64,000 nt of DNA from Moniliella sp. 'wahieum' (lineage: Eukaryota), in the NCBI GenBank assembly GCA_003971905.1, contig RSEE01000056.1, positions 1 to 64,000 of the forward strand, in the 5' to 3' direction. The position numbers and the translations under genes are program-made. The notes under the pieces are model-generated. The model was not told where the DNA came from. It saw only the letters and a program-made list of their open reading frames with translations, and did not search any database. This document shows, piece by piece, positions 14,697 to 28,499 of this stretch. Positions within the stretch are counted from its first letter, which is position 1; each line of letters starts with the position of its first letter.

Positions 14697-17600
14697 ATTG
14701 AGCAGCGTTGTCCGTATGCTAACCACCTGGTTATCCCCTGATTTCGTTTGTGCCCTAATCGATAATCATCCTTCCACCAAGAGTCCTCCGCAAGAGTCCT
14801 ATAGAGAGACACTTGACTTCCACAAGGTTTCTATAAAGACACACTTGATCTATCACTCTTACAGTAGGAGGGAGGGAGGATGGTACGTTTACATGCAGTG
14901 CAGGAGACAGCACGTTGTCCAGAATCCCAAGTTGCCGGTGGGTGGAAAGATAGAATGCATGCGCAGTGAGAGGTGGGCACCATGAGATATGCATATATGG
15001 ACACTGAAATCGTAGTCGGATGACGCATCGGTCGGCCCAAAAGTCGTGGAATGTCGTTGTAGAGGGAAGAAGGAAGTGGGAAAGTAGGGATGGATGACGA
15101 CGGGGGACATAAGACTGGGATCGGACTCCCCTCTGCTGCCACCCCCACCCGTCAAAGGACCACACATGGTGAGATGTGTAGGTCCTGCACTGGTGTCAGG
15201 TGAGGAGCGCAATGGCAAACTGTGCCAGTGAACTTGCGTCTTCCGCCACATATTCGCCCGAGTTGCCCGACGCGGAAAACGTAACGCCCGGTACGATCCC
15301 ACTTCGTACACATTGTCCGCCCAGCGGAGCGAGCGGTGGGCACAGCGGTTGTTTGGTGTTGGCTCACGATCCAGACCTGGACATGGATCACGCTGCCCAT
15401 GTTGAGAGTGTGGTAGGAGGAGGAGGGAAAGGGAAGAATGGAGAGTGGAGAACGGAAAATGGGAAATGGAACAGAAGCGGTTGCTGCGCCCGGCCACTCA
15501 GGTTTGCTGTGCGGGGAGCGGGTATACGAAGAAGAATCGATGCACCCGAGGAAATTGTGGTCGAGGCAGAGAGAGGACAAGCAGCACAAATAACTCGGGT
15601 AGCTTTGGCGTGCGAGTGCGAATCAGATCTCAGAGCGCTAATGGCAAGCAGAAAGGATGGTGGGGCGAAGAGGATGCGGTGCAGGTGTCCCACAGATGTG
15701 CTTCAGCTGATTGATGGTAGGGTGGGGCAGGCAGAGGCTACTGGTCCATGGGGGAGCAGGACGTTTGGGAAGGGGGGCTGAGAAGAATGAAGGTGAACGT
15801 GTGAGGGCAGATAAGTAGGAAGAAGTGCGTGGGTGAGCGATGGGCGTGCGGGCGTGCCGGTATAGTAGGTGATGGGTGATGGATGATGGATGATAGGTGC
15901 ATGCGCATTGGTATCTCATTAATCATTCTCATGCATATCTCTGAGGGCAGAGCTGTGTAAGAAGGAGAGGGGAGAGTGTACACACTGAGCGCTGAGCAGC
16001 GCTGAGCCCTAACTCTGTCCAGAGCGAACAGGCGCCAAGGGGAAGGAAAGGAGGGGGGGCGTTATAACAGGCACTCGTCAAGCGTGCTGGCTGCACACTG
16101 CGCCAACGGTGAGCGGCTGAGCGTCGATCGCGTCCTATCGACTATCTTCCCGCTCGCATTCACAAGCAAGAGAGGGTGCTGTGCGTGGGGGTATGTTCTT
16201 CAGCTTCAAGCTTCACCAGTCCTTCACCGGTCACCGCGGCAGAGAGTAAGACTATCGCAGTGTCTCGAGCGCACAGAAGTGTTTTCAAGTGGGGCGCTCT
16301 CTTTCTGCCATCATCAAATCGGAATCAGAATAGCAGCAACTCAGCTGTTGCTGCGTGTCCTGGGTGTTTGGCGCCACGTTTGCCCGTCTGGCCTCAGGCT
16401 GGGGGGCAGGGGCACTCTCAGTGCAAATTGTGCCTTTTCTCGTTCGGTCAGTGCGATCGATGACTGACCGTGACATGCCTTTTCTTAGATCTTTGGCCTT
16501 AGGTCTTAGTCTCAGACATCATGCAGTTATCACCCTGTTTTGTTACTGTCACGCGTCACGCGTCACCGTTACGGCGTACGACCAATCTTGTTTATTAGCT
16601 GCCAGGTGTGGCCATCATGCATCATGCATCACGGTTCACCATGAGCGCATGAGCCGGCCTGGGCCCTGCCAGGCCTGCCCGGGCTGTGCAGGAAACACCG
16701 CTGCCATGCAATTTGCCCCAGACCACTTTTTGACAGGTGCCTCACGGATGCATGTTGTCTTCTGCTTCCCGCCAGTCCCTGCCAGTCCTCTGCGCCATTG
16801 GCAACAACAAGTCCAATGCCCCAAAATGCATAGTGCATAATTGCCGTTTGCATGTTACACGAGATACAAGTAGGCTGAGTGCTGAGCCGGTCAGCCTGAG
16901 CGCACGAATGTCAAGGGAGCCCTCACTGGCCTCAGGCCTCACTCTAATAAGAATAGCCCCGCCAAATGCTCGATCTCTGCGCGTCAACAACACAGCAACC
17001 TCTCTTCGGGCACCGTTAAATCTGTTACAACCCCAGCTGCTTGTTGTCACATGTCACAGCTGCATTTAGCTTCTCAAATGTTAGTAGCTCCACTTGTGTG
17101 ATGCATGATGACCTCTGGGAAGTTACGATGATGGCGGGCGCTATAGCGGATAGCGATCTACATTTGTCATGGGTTCAACCAGCACCCATCTGCTGTGCGT
17201 ATCTTCAGAGGCTCTAGTGGGGCTTCTCAGATCTCGGCGTTGATCTCAACCCACAAGGCCTGCGAAACTTGAAGCTTGAAGGCTGAGGGGTCGGAAGCAA
17301 TGCCTGGCGAGACACGTTTTGAGGGGGGGAACGGAACTATCATATCCAGAGATCAATGACGCATGATGCCTTCTGAAATCGATTCTCCTATAACTTGTAA
17401 CACCCTCTGCTGTCCATGCCCGCATCATATGTACAGTCGCGGTATGTGTCAACTGTATCAATGCACAGAATAAAAAAACATGACAAGAAAACAAGTGTGG
17501 ACCTTTCACTCCTTCTCTTTCCCATTATACAAAAGAATGGAAAATCCTTCCCAGAATGATTTGGGGTCAATACAAGCATTGCTGTTCGTGTCTGTTGGTC

Positions 17601-19067
17601 CCTTGCTGGCCCGGCCGACTTTCCCAATTACCACCCTTGCAGGCTGTTGGGGTCGAGGCAGTGCTGAGAACAAGGAGGTGAGTCACGCAACAACAAAACA
17701 ACTTCTCGCACCGCTCCCGCAGATGATTAATGATTGATGATAATGATACGACAGAAATACATACGTACGACAGCTACTGAGTACTGGATGGGATGTGGCA
17801 GGTGAGACAAGTGGCATGGCATGAGTAACTCACTGAGTAGTACGCAGTGTCAGGATAGAGTCATACATCAGCATCATGCTTCATGCTTCATGCGGGTAGG
17901 GTGCACTTAAGTTGCACGCTTGCCGCCGCCGCCAGGCTGTGACATGTGACGTGACTTGCAATGTTGAAGCCCCTTGCACAGCACAGGCTATGCACGCTTG
18001 TCGGACGCAGATGTTCCGCCGGCGCTAGCGCTCTGCAGGGGGGGTAGGGTTCAGACTGAGTACGTGGTCAGTCTGGTGCAGTCCACCGGCCCAGGCGCTC
18101 CTGCACCACGCGGCACGCCCGACAGGCTGCCCACGGTTGCACAGCGCAGGCTCCCTCCGAATCTCGTGTCTCAGAGCGTGCGTGTCACGCAAATGCCACC
18201 TCCCATGCATCCCAGGTGGCAGAGCCCCGAGACAGTGTGTGTTTGTGTACATGTCCCATGCATGGCAGGGGCGAGTAATTGGCGTTACTTTTTCAAGCTC
18301 AAGCTCAAGCTTAAGCTTCAACCTCGCATTCCCATTCCTTTTCGGATACGACCGAGATTCATCTATGTCTGGGTTTTCCCCTGGCCTCTCTCTATTTCTG
18401 TTTCTGCTGCCTGGGGCGTATGCGAAGCTGAAAAGAGCTGCTCGGAGAGAAAGAATAAAGCACAACATGTGTGAAAGAGCACAAGGTCACAGAGAGAAGG
18501 AGAGGAGAGAGAGAAGACGATGGATCTATTCAAGAGAGAAGCCCGTTGGAAGAACATAGGGGAGAGTCGGGTAGAACAGGGCGAGGCGCGAGAGGCGTGA
18601 TGTGGGATCAGCGGCATGCGTGATGCGCTGAGAGCAACAGAATATAGATCGTCAACCGTGATTTGCAGAGGCGTGTGCGTGCTGAGGCTCACCAGCGACG
18701 AGGGGGGGTACATACCCAATAAGCTTCAGGTTGGGGGGATATTGGTGGGAGGAAAATATAGTTTGGTGGGGTTCTTTCTTATTGGAAATCTTGAACTGGT
18801 TGTACTTATTGGGCGTTGGACTGCACTCCCCACAGATGGCTTGACTGTGTTGCTGAGGACGAGGGATAGGCCATTATTCCAGCAAGGAAATGGGGGGGGA
18901 AGACCAGGATTGGGGGTTATATTTATACACCTCTCCATGTCGCAAGCAGGTCGCCATTCAGCAACAGGTCTCATCTGACATACCCGCGACGGTCTAATAC
19001 GCGATATAAACATCGAATGTATAACTGCCAGCACAGTCCTACTATGGCAGATTTAGCAAAGGCATTG

Positions 19068-21644
19068 CTATGTGTGTGGGTTAATTGGCGCGTATACGGG
19101 AAGGAAGGGGGATGGGGGGGTCTTCGGTCGGTCAACGTTCCAGGTTCCTTCGACAGGAGAGGACTGGCCCGATGAATCGCTAGCACTAGTGGGCCGAAAT
19201 TGGCAAAGAGAGGTGATCAGGCGGCCGGCGGTGGCTTCCCAAAAGGAAGCGTACATGTTGACGTTGTCAATCACCTTGCCCGACTCGCGGATCTGCAATG
19301 GCTTGACATTGACAAACCCAGCGCGTTCAAAGCGGTGCGAGTACCACGGGTACTTGCCCGCCGAGCGCCAGAATACCTACCACCAGGTGCAACCGCCCGG
19401 AACAGCTCGACAATTTCCCGGTCGGCTCGCCAACAGACGTGTCGTCTCGTCCCTGGCCTGGCCAGCGTCGGCGCTGGTCGCTCCGCCGCAATCACAGGGA
19501 ACCAGTCCAAGTGATCCATGAGGATGGCCGCGTCAAGTGCCCATCGGGCAAACCGCGGAGAACGGTGACGATCGCGTCCGTGTGCAGTCGGAACGCGCAG
19601 CGCCCCCGGTTCGCACAGCGCTGCCCCCCTTCCTTGCGAAGATAAAGAGGAGTGCTTGTTCGCTGTATCTCCCCGCCAAGCAGAGATGGTAATGGTAGTT
19701 GTCGGTAGCCAAGCTGGTCTTGCACGCGACCGGTCGAGGGTGTCAGAGGCAAATTGGGCTACACTGGTACCGTCGGCGTGAGACAGGCAAGTGGTGCGGG
19801 GCACTCCTAGTTGCGTTCCACAAGAAGGGGGATTGGCCAGTGCGAGGCGGGTGAGGATCGGGTTGAGCAAGGCCAGCGGACGCGCTTGGTCCATAGACGA
19901 CCTTGCTCTTGGATCGAGGGCGCGGCAACCATCTTCTTCACTCCTTCCGACCCCAATGGCGCTAAATGCAATCTTGGCCAAGCGTAGCGCATGGCCCGAA
20001 TAGCCACGGAAGTAAAAGTTGCGGTCAAAGACGGTGGTTTGGTTGCGCCAGAATTGATAGGCATGCGATGAGAGGTGGAGTGCCAGTTGCGTGTCCAACA
20101 ATGCCGGAAACTACCCGGTCCCGAACGGGCAGACGCTTGGCCTTGCCCAAACAGCGTCCACACTGCTCATGGCTGATCTTGGCAGCAGCCATGGCAAGCT
20201 TGAGCTCAAGAATATGTCCCTGGCAAGCATTCATATCCACCGCATGGATCCGTTGCGGCTTGCCCTCGATCGCATAATGTAGTGCATTGTCCCCAGCCGA
20301 GGTGATGCATAAAACGGTTGTCCTTCGACCAATTCCACACAGCCGCATGTCCACCGACGGATCCTCCCATACAAAATCCATACACCCACGTTCGGAACAG
20401 ATCGGTAAACGCCGTATCGATAAAGGGGACCCGCCACACATGCTTTTGAAAGTGGAACGAAGATGCCGGATAGGGCACTCCAGCCACCTTGCCCCGCGAG
20501 CTGGTGCTCGCCACAGAAGCGCCCGATGCAACTGGTTGGTTCATTCGTTCCATGCTAGTTCGGGGAACGAAGGAGGTACGACAGTGCGGTTGCCACATTC
20601 TACCTCGAACGCTTGCACTGCCTCGCTGGTATCGCGCAGACGGGAGCAACCGAGCCAAATGTAATACGGGCTGGTGGGAACGAGAGCAAGTTAGTACTCT
20701 GGACAATAAAAGCATAAGATGGGACACGTACGATTAACCACTCACATTTGGATCAAACCAGGGACGAGGAAGTGGTTACGTCCGTTGAAGCACTTGATTG
20801 TTCCGAATCGATGCTCGAGGTAGTCTCTTCGTGCCGGGTGAAGGTCCACATGGTCCCACGAGAACCACCATGTCCAGAACCAGCGCACCAACGGGTGACA
20901 CCCCGTCCCTTGTCCGACTTGGACGGAGGCGCAGCATAAAAGTCACAAACTGCCACCATGCCCGTCTCGGGATCAAGAATGGAATCTACCCGATCCAGGG
21001 TAGCATAGAACGGAGGAATCATCGAGAGAGAGTAACTCATCGTCACCAGGTCGGCCTTGATACCAGCCGCGTCTCCCAACGCCATACCCGGAACGGAAAA
21101 CGACGCGGCATCTTGGCAAAGAACATGCACATTCTTCCATCCTCGCGCGTGAACCGGGCGCGAGCCACGTCCAGCAATGGCTCACAAAGATCAATCAGGT
21201 AGATGGCTTCGAGTTGGGACAGATCCATGTACTCGGACATCTGCTCAATGTTCCATCCGGTGCCTCCGCCAATATCGATCCAAACCAGGGGCTTGGGGGT
21301 GCTGACGGCGCATGTCCAGCAGATACTGCGCGGTAAGCTGAAGCATGGTCTTGCGTCCCCGCAAAAGGCGGGAACGAGTCATGTCGTACACATTGGCTTG
21401 GGTAGCGTAAAACCGGTCGAGTCGTTCGGCTTGGGTGTTGGTCTTGCCCAACGGACGTAGGAAGCACCCCCACGCAAATAGTACCACCGCCCGCACCCGC
21501 GACGAGAGCAGAATCAGGGCTGCACAGAGCGCCAGCCAGGCTAGGATAATCGCAGCTGCCCCGCCAACACGCTCACTCAGATGGGCGGCGTAGCGGCGGT
21601 GCAGCCGCCTGGACTGCTCGCCAATCGAACATCTTGGTACCCAT
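19068..21644 (-). CDS. BTA1: Betaine lipid (DGTS) synthase, BtaB methyltransferase + BtaA fusion (frameshifted)
   Basis: QAERLDRFYATQANVYDMTRSRLLRGR; IDIGGGTGWNIE SAM motif; IYLIDLCEPLLDVARARF; ADLVTMSYSLSMIPPFY; EDPSVDM; VLCITSAGDNALHYAI; IHAVDMNACQGHILELKLA; C-terminal NVNMYASFW. Confidence 0.9.
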
Positions 21645-21734
21645 CGTGCTGATGGGGTTAGAGGCGAGAACAGAGGACGGTCAAGGCTGGCATGAGGACG
21701 AGGGGATGGACTTTAAGTGGGATCAAAGGCCCAG

Positions 21735-22624
21735 CACGTGGTCATTGCATTGGCATGGAGAACCTTGCCGTTGACTCTTCCGGTGTGCGGGCCGGCAAGA
21801 CGAAGCAGGAAAGAGTGGGGAGGGGATCGTACGCATGTTTCACCAGCACGCCTCTACCTCGTATCCCCCCACCTACCAGCCTATCCGCCCGTCTGTGATG
21901 CAAACCAATGGGGCAGGACCCCTGTCGACGGGCTGTGGTACATGCAGCAAGGACCACTGCGTCTCGGTTGCGCGTGCGGACAACAGCCGGGTAGCGGGTG
22001 GAGCCGGTAGCGAGAAGAAACGTGTGCACGGGCCATGCGATCTGAGATACGATAACTACTAGTAACTGCAGCGAGGGTGCCACTGGCAGAGAGCTTGACG
22101 CCCAAGACACAACCCACGTTCGACGTTCGACGTGGGCACTGTGGCGGTAGTGGTGGCGCTCGTGGCAGATCTCAAAAGTGCCGAGAGGCGTCTGGTCGGA
22201 TGGCCCATGAGGCTGAGGATGAGGCCTGAGGCCTATGAGGCCCTGAGGCCTCAGGGCTCGTGCTGTCCTGGAGGAGAAATACCGCTTGCCGGCCCGTCCT
22301 TTCAACGATCCCACGCACAGAGGCAGTGTCCGCTCTCCCCACGTTCCCATTTTGCACGCACCCAACAGCAGATCAATATCAAGCGACACTCCGCCCCATC
22401 AGTAAGTATGTCGCGCATCTCAGTCAGTTCTGTCTGCCATCACCTGCCGGCCTCCCCAGCCGCCCCAGCCCAGCCCTTCCCCTTCGGCCGCCCTAGTCCC
22501 CCCCACGTGCGGCTGGGCTGGTCGTATGCATATTCAGATTCCGATTCCGATGCAATAGTGATGTCATGCATGACAGTCTGGTCGCGCACATGGATTTCTA
22601 CCCGTTCCAGAGAGGGGGCACGTG
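21735..22624. promoter_or_regulatory. Candidate Pho4/NUC-1 E-box cluster upstream of BTA1
   Basis: CACGTG at 21735-21740, 22504-22509 (GCACGTGGG on the minus strand) and 22619-22624; CACGTT at 22115-22120 and AACGTG at 22019-22024. Confidence 0.5.
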
Positions 22625-22919
22625 CAGAGCGTGCGACATCGGGACAAGGAATGGGCCTTCTCGATCTTATCGGGCAGAAGGACGTGGCCCAGCGCAGGCG
22701 GCTACCTTTCACATCCTTTCACCGCCAGACGCACACAACTGGTGGGAGAGCTTATTATTTTTTTTGTTCGTGGACGTACAGATTAGATACAAACACACAT
22801 GCCTTCCCAAATGGGAGAGGGGAGAGGGGGGAGGGGGAGAGGGAGGAGGAACAACAGGCGAGCATGCCGCATGCATGCGATGCATGGACCGATATAGAAT
22901 CTGCGACTTGGAGGTCAAG

Positions 22920-23671
22920 CTAAGGAGCACGCGCATGCATCACGGACTTGGGATGCGAAGGAACTTGGCCGCGTGTACGACACTTGTAGAGAAAGTGGAC
23001 CACCACTTCACCCTCCTTGGGGGCAGCCATTTCAGAGAAATGCCTGTTGGCCAAATGGGAGAGACGTTCATGCTCCGTGGCTTCATTCAGCTCGCTCACC
23101 CTCACATCGCCTTGGTCGGTGGGACGTGGCGGCGGCTTGGCAGTCACGGAGTGGGTTCGGGAAGTTGGATGCCCTCCTTGATGCGCTTGGTAGCTGCTGT
23201 GGCCGCAGCGCGCGAGCCCACTCCGCCACTCAGAGCCCGCGCCAGTGCCTCATGTCCTCGACGGAGGAGTGACGACGTTTGGCCTGGGGACTGGAGGGCG
23301 GACGCTCCTCGAGGTCGGGTGCGCGTGCTGTGCTTGGGGCGCCTCTTGGGCTTGACGTACCAAGGCGAGGTCTCTCTGGGCATCGGTGATGACCGCATGG
23401 GAGGGCCGCGCGCTGACTCCGACGAGAGGAGGGGGCCAGTCGGGTGCAAGGCCGTATGCCTTGAGGTAGGACGCGAGTTGGTCTTTGGGCCAGGTGGGAG
23501 AGGTTGATGCGGGGTACGTATTCGGATGGGGCAGGAGCGGGGCGGGGGCAGGCGCGGCGGACGCAGGCGCTGCTTGAGACGGAAGAACAACCGGTTAGGA
23601 TGGCAGACGCACAGAGAGGAACGGGCAGCTTACGCTCGGCGCGGGTCAGACGCTGGCGGTGCGGGTGGCAT
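22920..23671 (-). CDS. SAP30-like histone deacetylase complex subunit (Sin3-binding domain)
   Basis: ATG at 23671 (MPPAPPASDPRR) followed by a GTAAGC...CTAAC intron; PRINLSHL..QLASYLKAYGL across a frameshift; C-terminal HERLSHLANRHFSEMAAPKEGEVVVHFLYKCR resembles SAP30_Sin3_bdg. Confidence 0.65.
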
Positions 23672-24231
23672 TGGTGGTGGTGGGCAGGGCGGCGGCGGCG
23701 GTGGCGGGCACGATGTCGGAGGCGGCAGCGAGGGGCGTGGACGGCAGGCCAGTGGGAGGGGCGGCGAGGCGGCGCGGGAGACAGCAATTCCGCGACGGAT
23801 TCCGCGCTGGGCGCGGGCGGGCATGCCACATGCCACAGGTGATGCGGTGGTGGGTGGGGAGTGGCCCGGGTGGGCGGTGGCTGCTGAGCTAAGCGCCATG
23901 TGGGGCGCTGGGGCGAGGGCTGTGACATGTGACACGGGGGGAGCAGCAAGGGGCGGGTAAGCTGTGCGGCCCGCCGTCCGGCGCAAGCAGCATGCAGGCT
24001 GCATGCTCGCCTGTGCTGGGCTGCTGGGCGCCGATCGCTGATTGAAGCTATCGAAGCTTGAAGCTTGAAGCGACGCGCCGGCAGCCTGCCGCAGCGGCAA
24101 GGGGCGCCTGGGCTGCGTCGGCGTGCGCTGCTGCTGGCCTCGGCACACCGCCGCCCGCTTCTCGCCGCCCAGCAGGAGCACGCGACCACCACCACCACCA
24201 CCCCCGCCACCACCGCCACCGCCACCGCACC

Positions 24232-27200
24232 ATGCGCCGTCTGTGGGCGCGCTTCAGCGGCCCCTCCGACAAGCAACACGACAAGTCTGCCGCCACGCCT
24301 GCCGCCACACCCTCCCATCCACCCGCCCCTGCCGGCCTTGCCTTTCACGACCCAGACGACCCACCCTGCCCGGTGCATGGACCTACCCAGCACCGGCCCC
24401 GCCCGCTGCTGCGCCGCGCCCCGCCTGCGCCCGCACCCCCCCACCTTCCCGCCCCAACGCCTGTGTCCTCCCTGCCACTCCTGCCACCATCGCCGCCCCC
24501 CTCTGCACCCGCTCCTGCTTCTGCTCCAGCACCTCCAGCTTCAGCAACACCCTCTCATCCACCCCCTCATTCCCCGCTTCTGCTCAGCGTCTCCAGCCCC
24601 AGCGCCTCCAGCTCCACACACCCACTGATCCGCCCCCTTCACTCCGCGCATCTGTCGCCCCTTCCTCAGCGCCCACCACCACCCGTGCTTCTTCCTCCCC
24701 TTCCGATGCCAGCCGTACAGGCCCTCGCTCTGTACCTCCACCGGCCCTTCGCATGCACGCGCGAAACAGGTCAATGACACCAACACTGTCCCCTTTGTCG
24801 CTTCACCTCCATCTTACTCCCCCCTCCTCTCTCTCCGCGCCGACCTCCGGCACACGCTACGAGCCACCCCATATTCCCCCCACACCCACCGCCTCCCACC
24901 GAAGAAGGCTCTCGACTCCTGATCATGCCCAGACATCGCCTTCTTCCGGCCCTCATTCCTCCGCCACTGGTGGCCTGGGCGGCCTTCCCAGTGCACGTCG
25001 CAGTGCATCCAGTTTGGTTGGCTCTTTGGCTCCCAGCACTACCCACTGACCACCATGAATTCGACTTCCCCTTTGGCCTTTTCTCCGATACGGGCGCTCC
25101 CTCAATGGGTGCCACATGGGCCAATATCACCAACGCCGAACTTGTCATGAACATCGGCACGCGCGAACGAACGCGGCAAGAAGTGCTCTGGGAAATTGTT
25201 GCAAGTGAACAGCGGTACGTTTTTAACCCCCCCCCCCGCAGTGTGTGCCTGCCATGATCCAATGTACTGATCGGTATATTTGCTCTTCGTAAGGCACTCG
25301 ACGAACTTCTTCGTGCCCAGGACATGTACATTCTCTTCTTCTTCATCCTCGTCGCTTCACCCAGCTCCAGCATGCTTCCTCACCCCCCGAAGGAACCTCA
25401 GCCCAGTCCCAGTCCCAAACGACTTCCGCCCCAGTGGGAAAACGCCTTTTCGGTCGAAAATCGGCAGGATCTGCCACCAGCGACAAAAACCGAGCCCAAA
25501 AAACTAGCAGGCCGCTCATCCCAAGCACGGGCACCCAAGGACCCATTCGAACTGGGTATTGCCGTGCTGCCCTGCCATCTGCAGTGCGATCTGTACTGGA
25601 AGCCATCTGGACCAGAGGGACTGGTGGCTGTGCATACGTCCCTTGCCAATGCGTTGCGACAACGGTATGAATCACAGTACCCCCTTGTTCGCTCTTTAGC
25701 CGATGTGTTTGCCTCACATGCCCACGCCCTCTTGGACGCCTACGCCACCTACGCCGTCTCCCTTGGCGCTGCCCTGACCCAGCTCGACGAAGCGCGCCTA
25801 ATGGCTCGTGCGTTGCGGGGCAAGACTCTGCGCAAGGAAGCCCAAGCGTTGGCGGATACCGTACTGTTGGGTCGGGCGGTAGCAAACTGGAAGGCGCTGC
25901 GTCGGATTCACGTCGGGCCGCTGTTCCTGGCAGTCCCAACGGGATCTCTTCTAGTACCGTGCCTAGTCTCTCGGTTGCGCTGGCTCGACCGTTACAACGC
26001 TTGCTCAAATACCCTCTTTTGGCTCAAAATCTACTTTTTCAAACCGACCCAGCACTTCCGAGTTTGAAGCGACGGTCGACATGGTTGCTGGCATTGAGGC
26101 TCTGGTGCGTAAGGTCCAAGCCCAAAAAGTTTCGGCCGACGCGTTGGATGCCACATTGGATGCCATGGCCCGGATCGAGGGCATCACGGACCGCAAGCTG
26201 CTCAAGCCGTCTCAAACGCGGACGTTGGTTACTGAGACCCCCGTTTATCATTCTTCCCGGACCGAGTCCACCGCATCCTCCACATCTGCCGTTCCACCCC
26301 GGCCCGACTCCAATCCAATCCCTTCTCCCTCCAGCTCCACTACGGCCACGAGCAGCTTACAAACCCAGTTACGATCAACGATCAAGACCAAGCGCTCCTT
26401 CCGGCGCTTGTCTGATCTGCTCGATCACCTGTGCCTGGTGTCTTGCGCACGAGGGAAGACAGTCTCCCAGGTCCCTCTGCCCCGTCTTCGAGCGGTGGAG
26501 GCATTCTCTCTGCGTTGGGTCAGGGTCTATTGGGCTCCTTCTTGACGTCTGATAGTGGGGCGGGCAAGACCCACGTTGGGTAGTAAGCGGGACATATGGA
26601 GCGTCAAGTTCTCGGATGTAGAGCTGCGCTGCCAACGAATCGGGGTCACGACGCTGCCGATGGCCAGTTCGGTTGCTCTGCGTCCTCCTGGTTCCGACCG
26701 ATGGCGGAGGAGTCGTTGGCGCGACGCGCAAAGGAGACAAGGATCGACTGAAAGCATTGCGAACCGAAACGCTGCGGACACCCTCACGCAACTTGTACAA
26801 GTTTATTGGCGTTGTCGCCTGGTTTAAGGCGCCTGCGTCTGCTCCTCCTGTCCCGGCACGGAAACGGACGAGGCAGCGACACGCTCTGCGCTTCTCGCTG
26901 GTGCAGTGTGGCCATGGGACTTGCACGACGCGTTGGAGGAGGAGGAAGATGGGATGATTCGGCCGATGACGGTTCCGATGCGTCTGACTTGGACGAACCC
27001 GAATCGGACATGACCTTGGTCCGATTATCCCGCGCGCACTTGAGACGCATGCGCTTTTGCGGCCGGAATCCGGACGAGGACGTGAGCGAAGTACTGGCTA
27101 CCTCGGACCCGGCACCCACAGTCACCCAGTGCGAGCCCAAGCTAACACCTGGCCTGCGATTCGCGACATTGACGAGAACTTGTACCCGTACCCGTACCCC

Positions 27201-27348
27201 TGACTGGAAGTACCGAGCCTCAACCCAGTTTCCTCAGCCCCATCGCATCCAGTCCCACCCCTTCCTCACCTCGAGCGTCGTCGGTGGAGAAGGACGAGAT
27301 GGAAATGCAAGCGCAAGCGGTCCCGATGCGCCTGTAGCTCAAGGCTAA
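24232..27348 (+). CDS. Dbl-homology (DH, probably DH-PH) Rho guanine nucleotide exchange factor (frameshifted)
   Basis: ERTRQEVLWEIVASEQRYV (DH CR1), SLANALRQRYESQYPLVRSLADVF, LARPLQRLLKYPLLAQNLLFQTDP (DH CR3), PH-like DIWSVKFSDVELRCQRIG and RNLYKFIGV; Pro-rich N-terminus from the ATG at 24232. Confidence 0.85.
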
Positions 27349-28499
27349 AGCTAAGTTTGCCATCGGTTACGCGACCATCCGGCCCCAGAATCGATCCAAA
27401 ACCCCAAGCTTCGCGCGTATGATGATTGGCTGCGTGCGTCTTGCCGTGCCATCCCGCCTTGCCTTACCGGTAGGTACCAGGTACCAATGATCTTGCTTGG
27501 CCTCGGTACCTTGCGTACCTTGCCCCGTCCGCGCCACGCGTCGTGCCAGAGCGCCGGTCCTGTGTGCCCCTGCGATCTGCGATCTGATACCTGCTCTGTC
27601 TTCCTTATCGCCTCGCCCTCGCCCGACACGTTCCAACCTCTTACCAGTCGTGGCGCACCCTGCCCTCGGTCGTTGGCAGACCATCCCTTGCTGTGTGGTG
27701 TGTGGTGTGTGTGGTGTGGTGTGCTTTGTGCTCGTTGTCTCTGTCTTTTTGTCGTTGCCCTCCTCTCTGCCTAAGCAGGATCTCATTATCGATCACTGAT
27801 CATGATCACGGATCACGGATCTTCCCTCTCGTCGTGCCACTGCCAGGATACGTTTTGATTTGCCAAAACTCATCGCCCGCTGTAGACTTGAGATCTGAGA
27901 TACGTTTTGTGTCCCGTACACGTTACACTTACACGTTACACGCAAGCGGTTGCGGAGAGGCTCATCGAAACAACTCATGTTCCTCGGGCCTCATCGGTCT
28001 CAGCTTGTAACATGTAACAACCCAACCCTGATCAATGATCAACCCCTGATATCCGCATGGAAGCACACACCATGGCGGCGCTCGTGCCGTAAGTTCAGGA
28101 CGTTCATGCGTTCGTTCCGTGGAGGGAAAGTGCAAGCAATTTAAGATTTAAGGGCGAGGCGTTCCCGTCCTAAGCGTATAGGCCCTACTGTATTCAACGG
28201 CCGGTCAAGCTGGTCAATGGTTACCGGTTAAGCTTAAAGCGCAAGCCGCGGCCCCTGAAGTTCTGAGTTCTGAGTTTGAGTGAGTTCTGACTGGCCAGTG
28301 GGCCCGCTCAACCAGCAAGGGTTGCCCTATGGCCTATTTAAACGTCGAAGATGACGTTCCAGTCCAGCAGGTGAGTTGAGCAACAAAGGACAATTGAGAG
28401 ATGCATGCATTGAGCTAGGGGGCCTTGGTAACACGGGCAAGACGACCCACGGCACGATCATGTCACACATGTCACAGGCCATCGCCAATGAATCGCACC

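Noticed and set aside
15152..15781. Small gene next to the tRNA
   Set aside because: Overlapping ORFs on both strands, with no motif or intron support.
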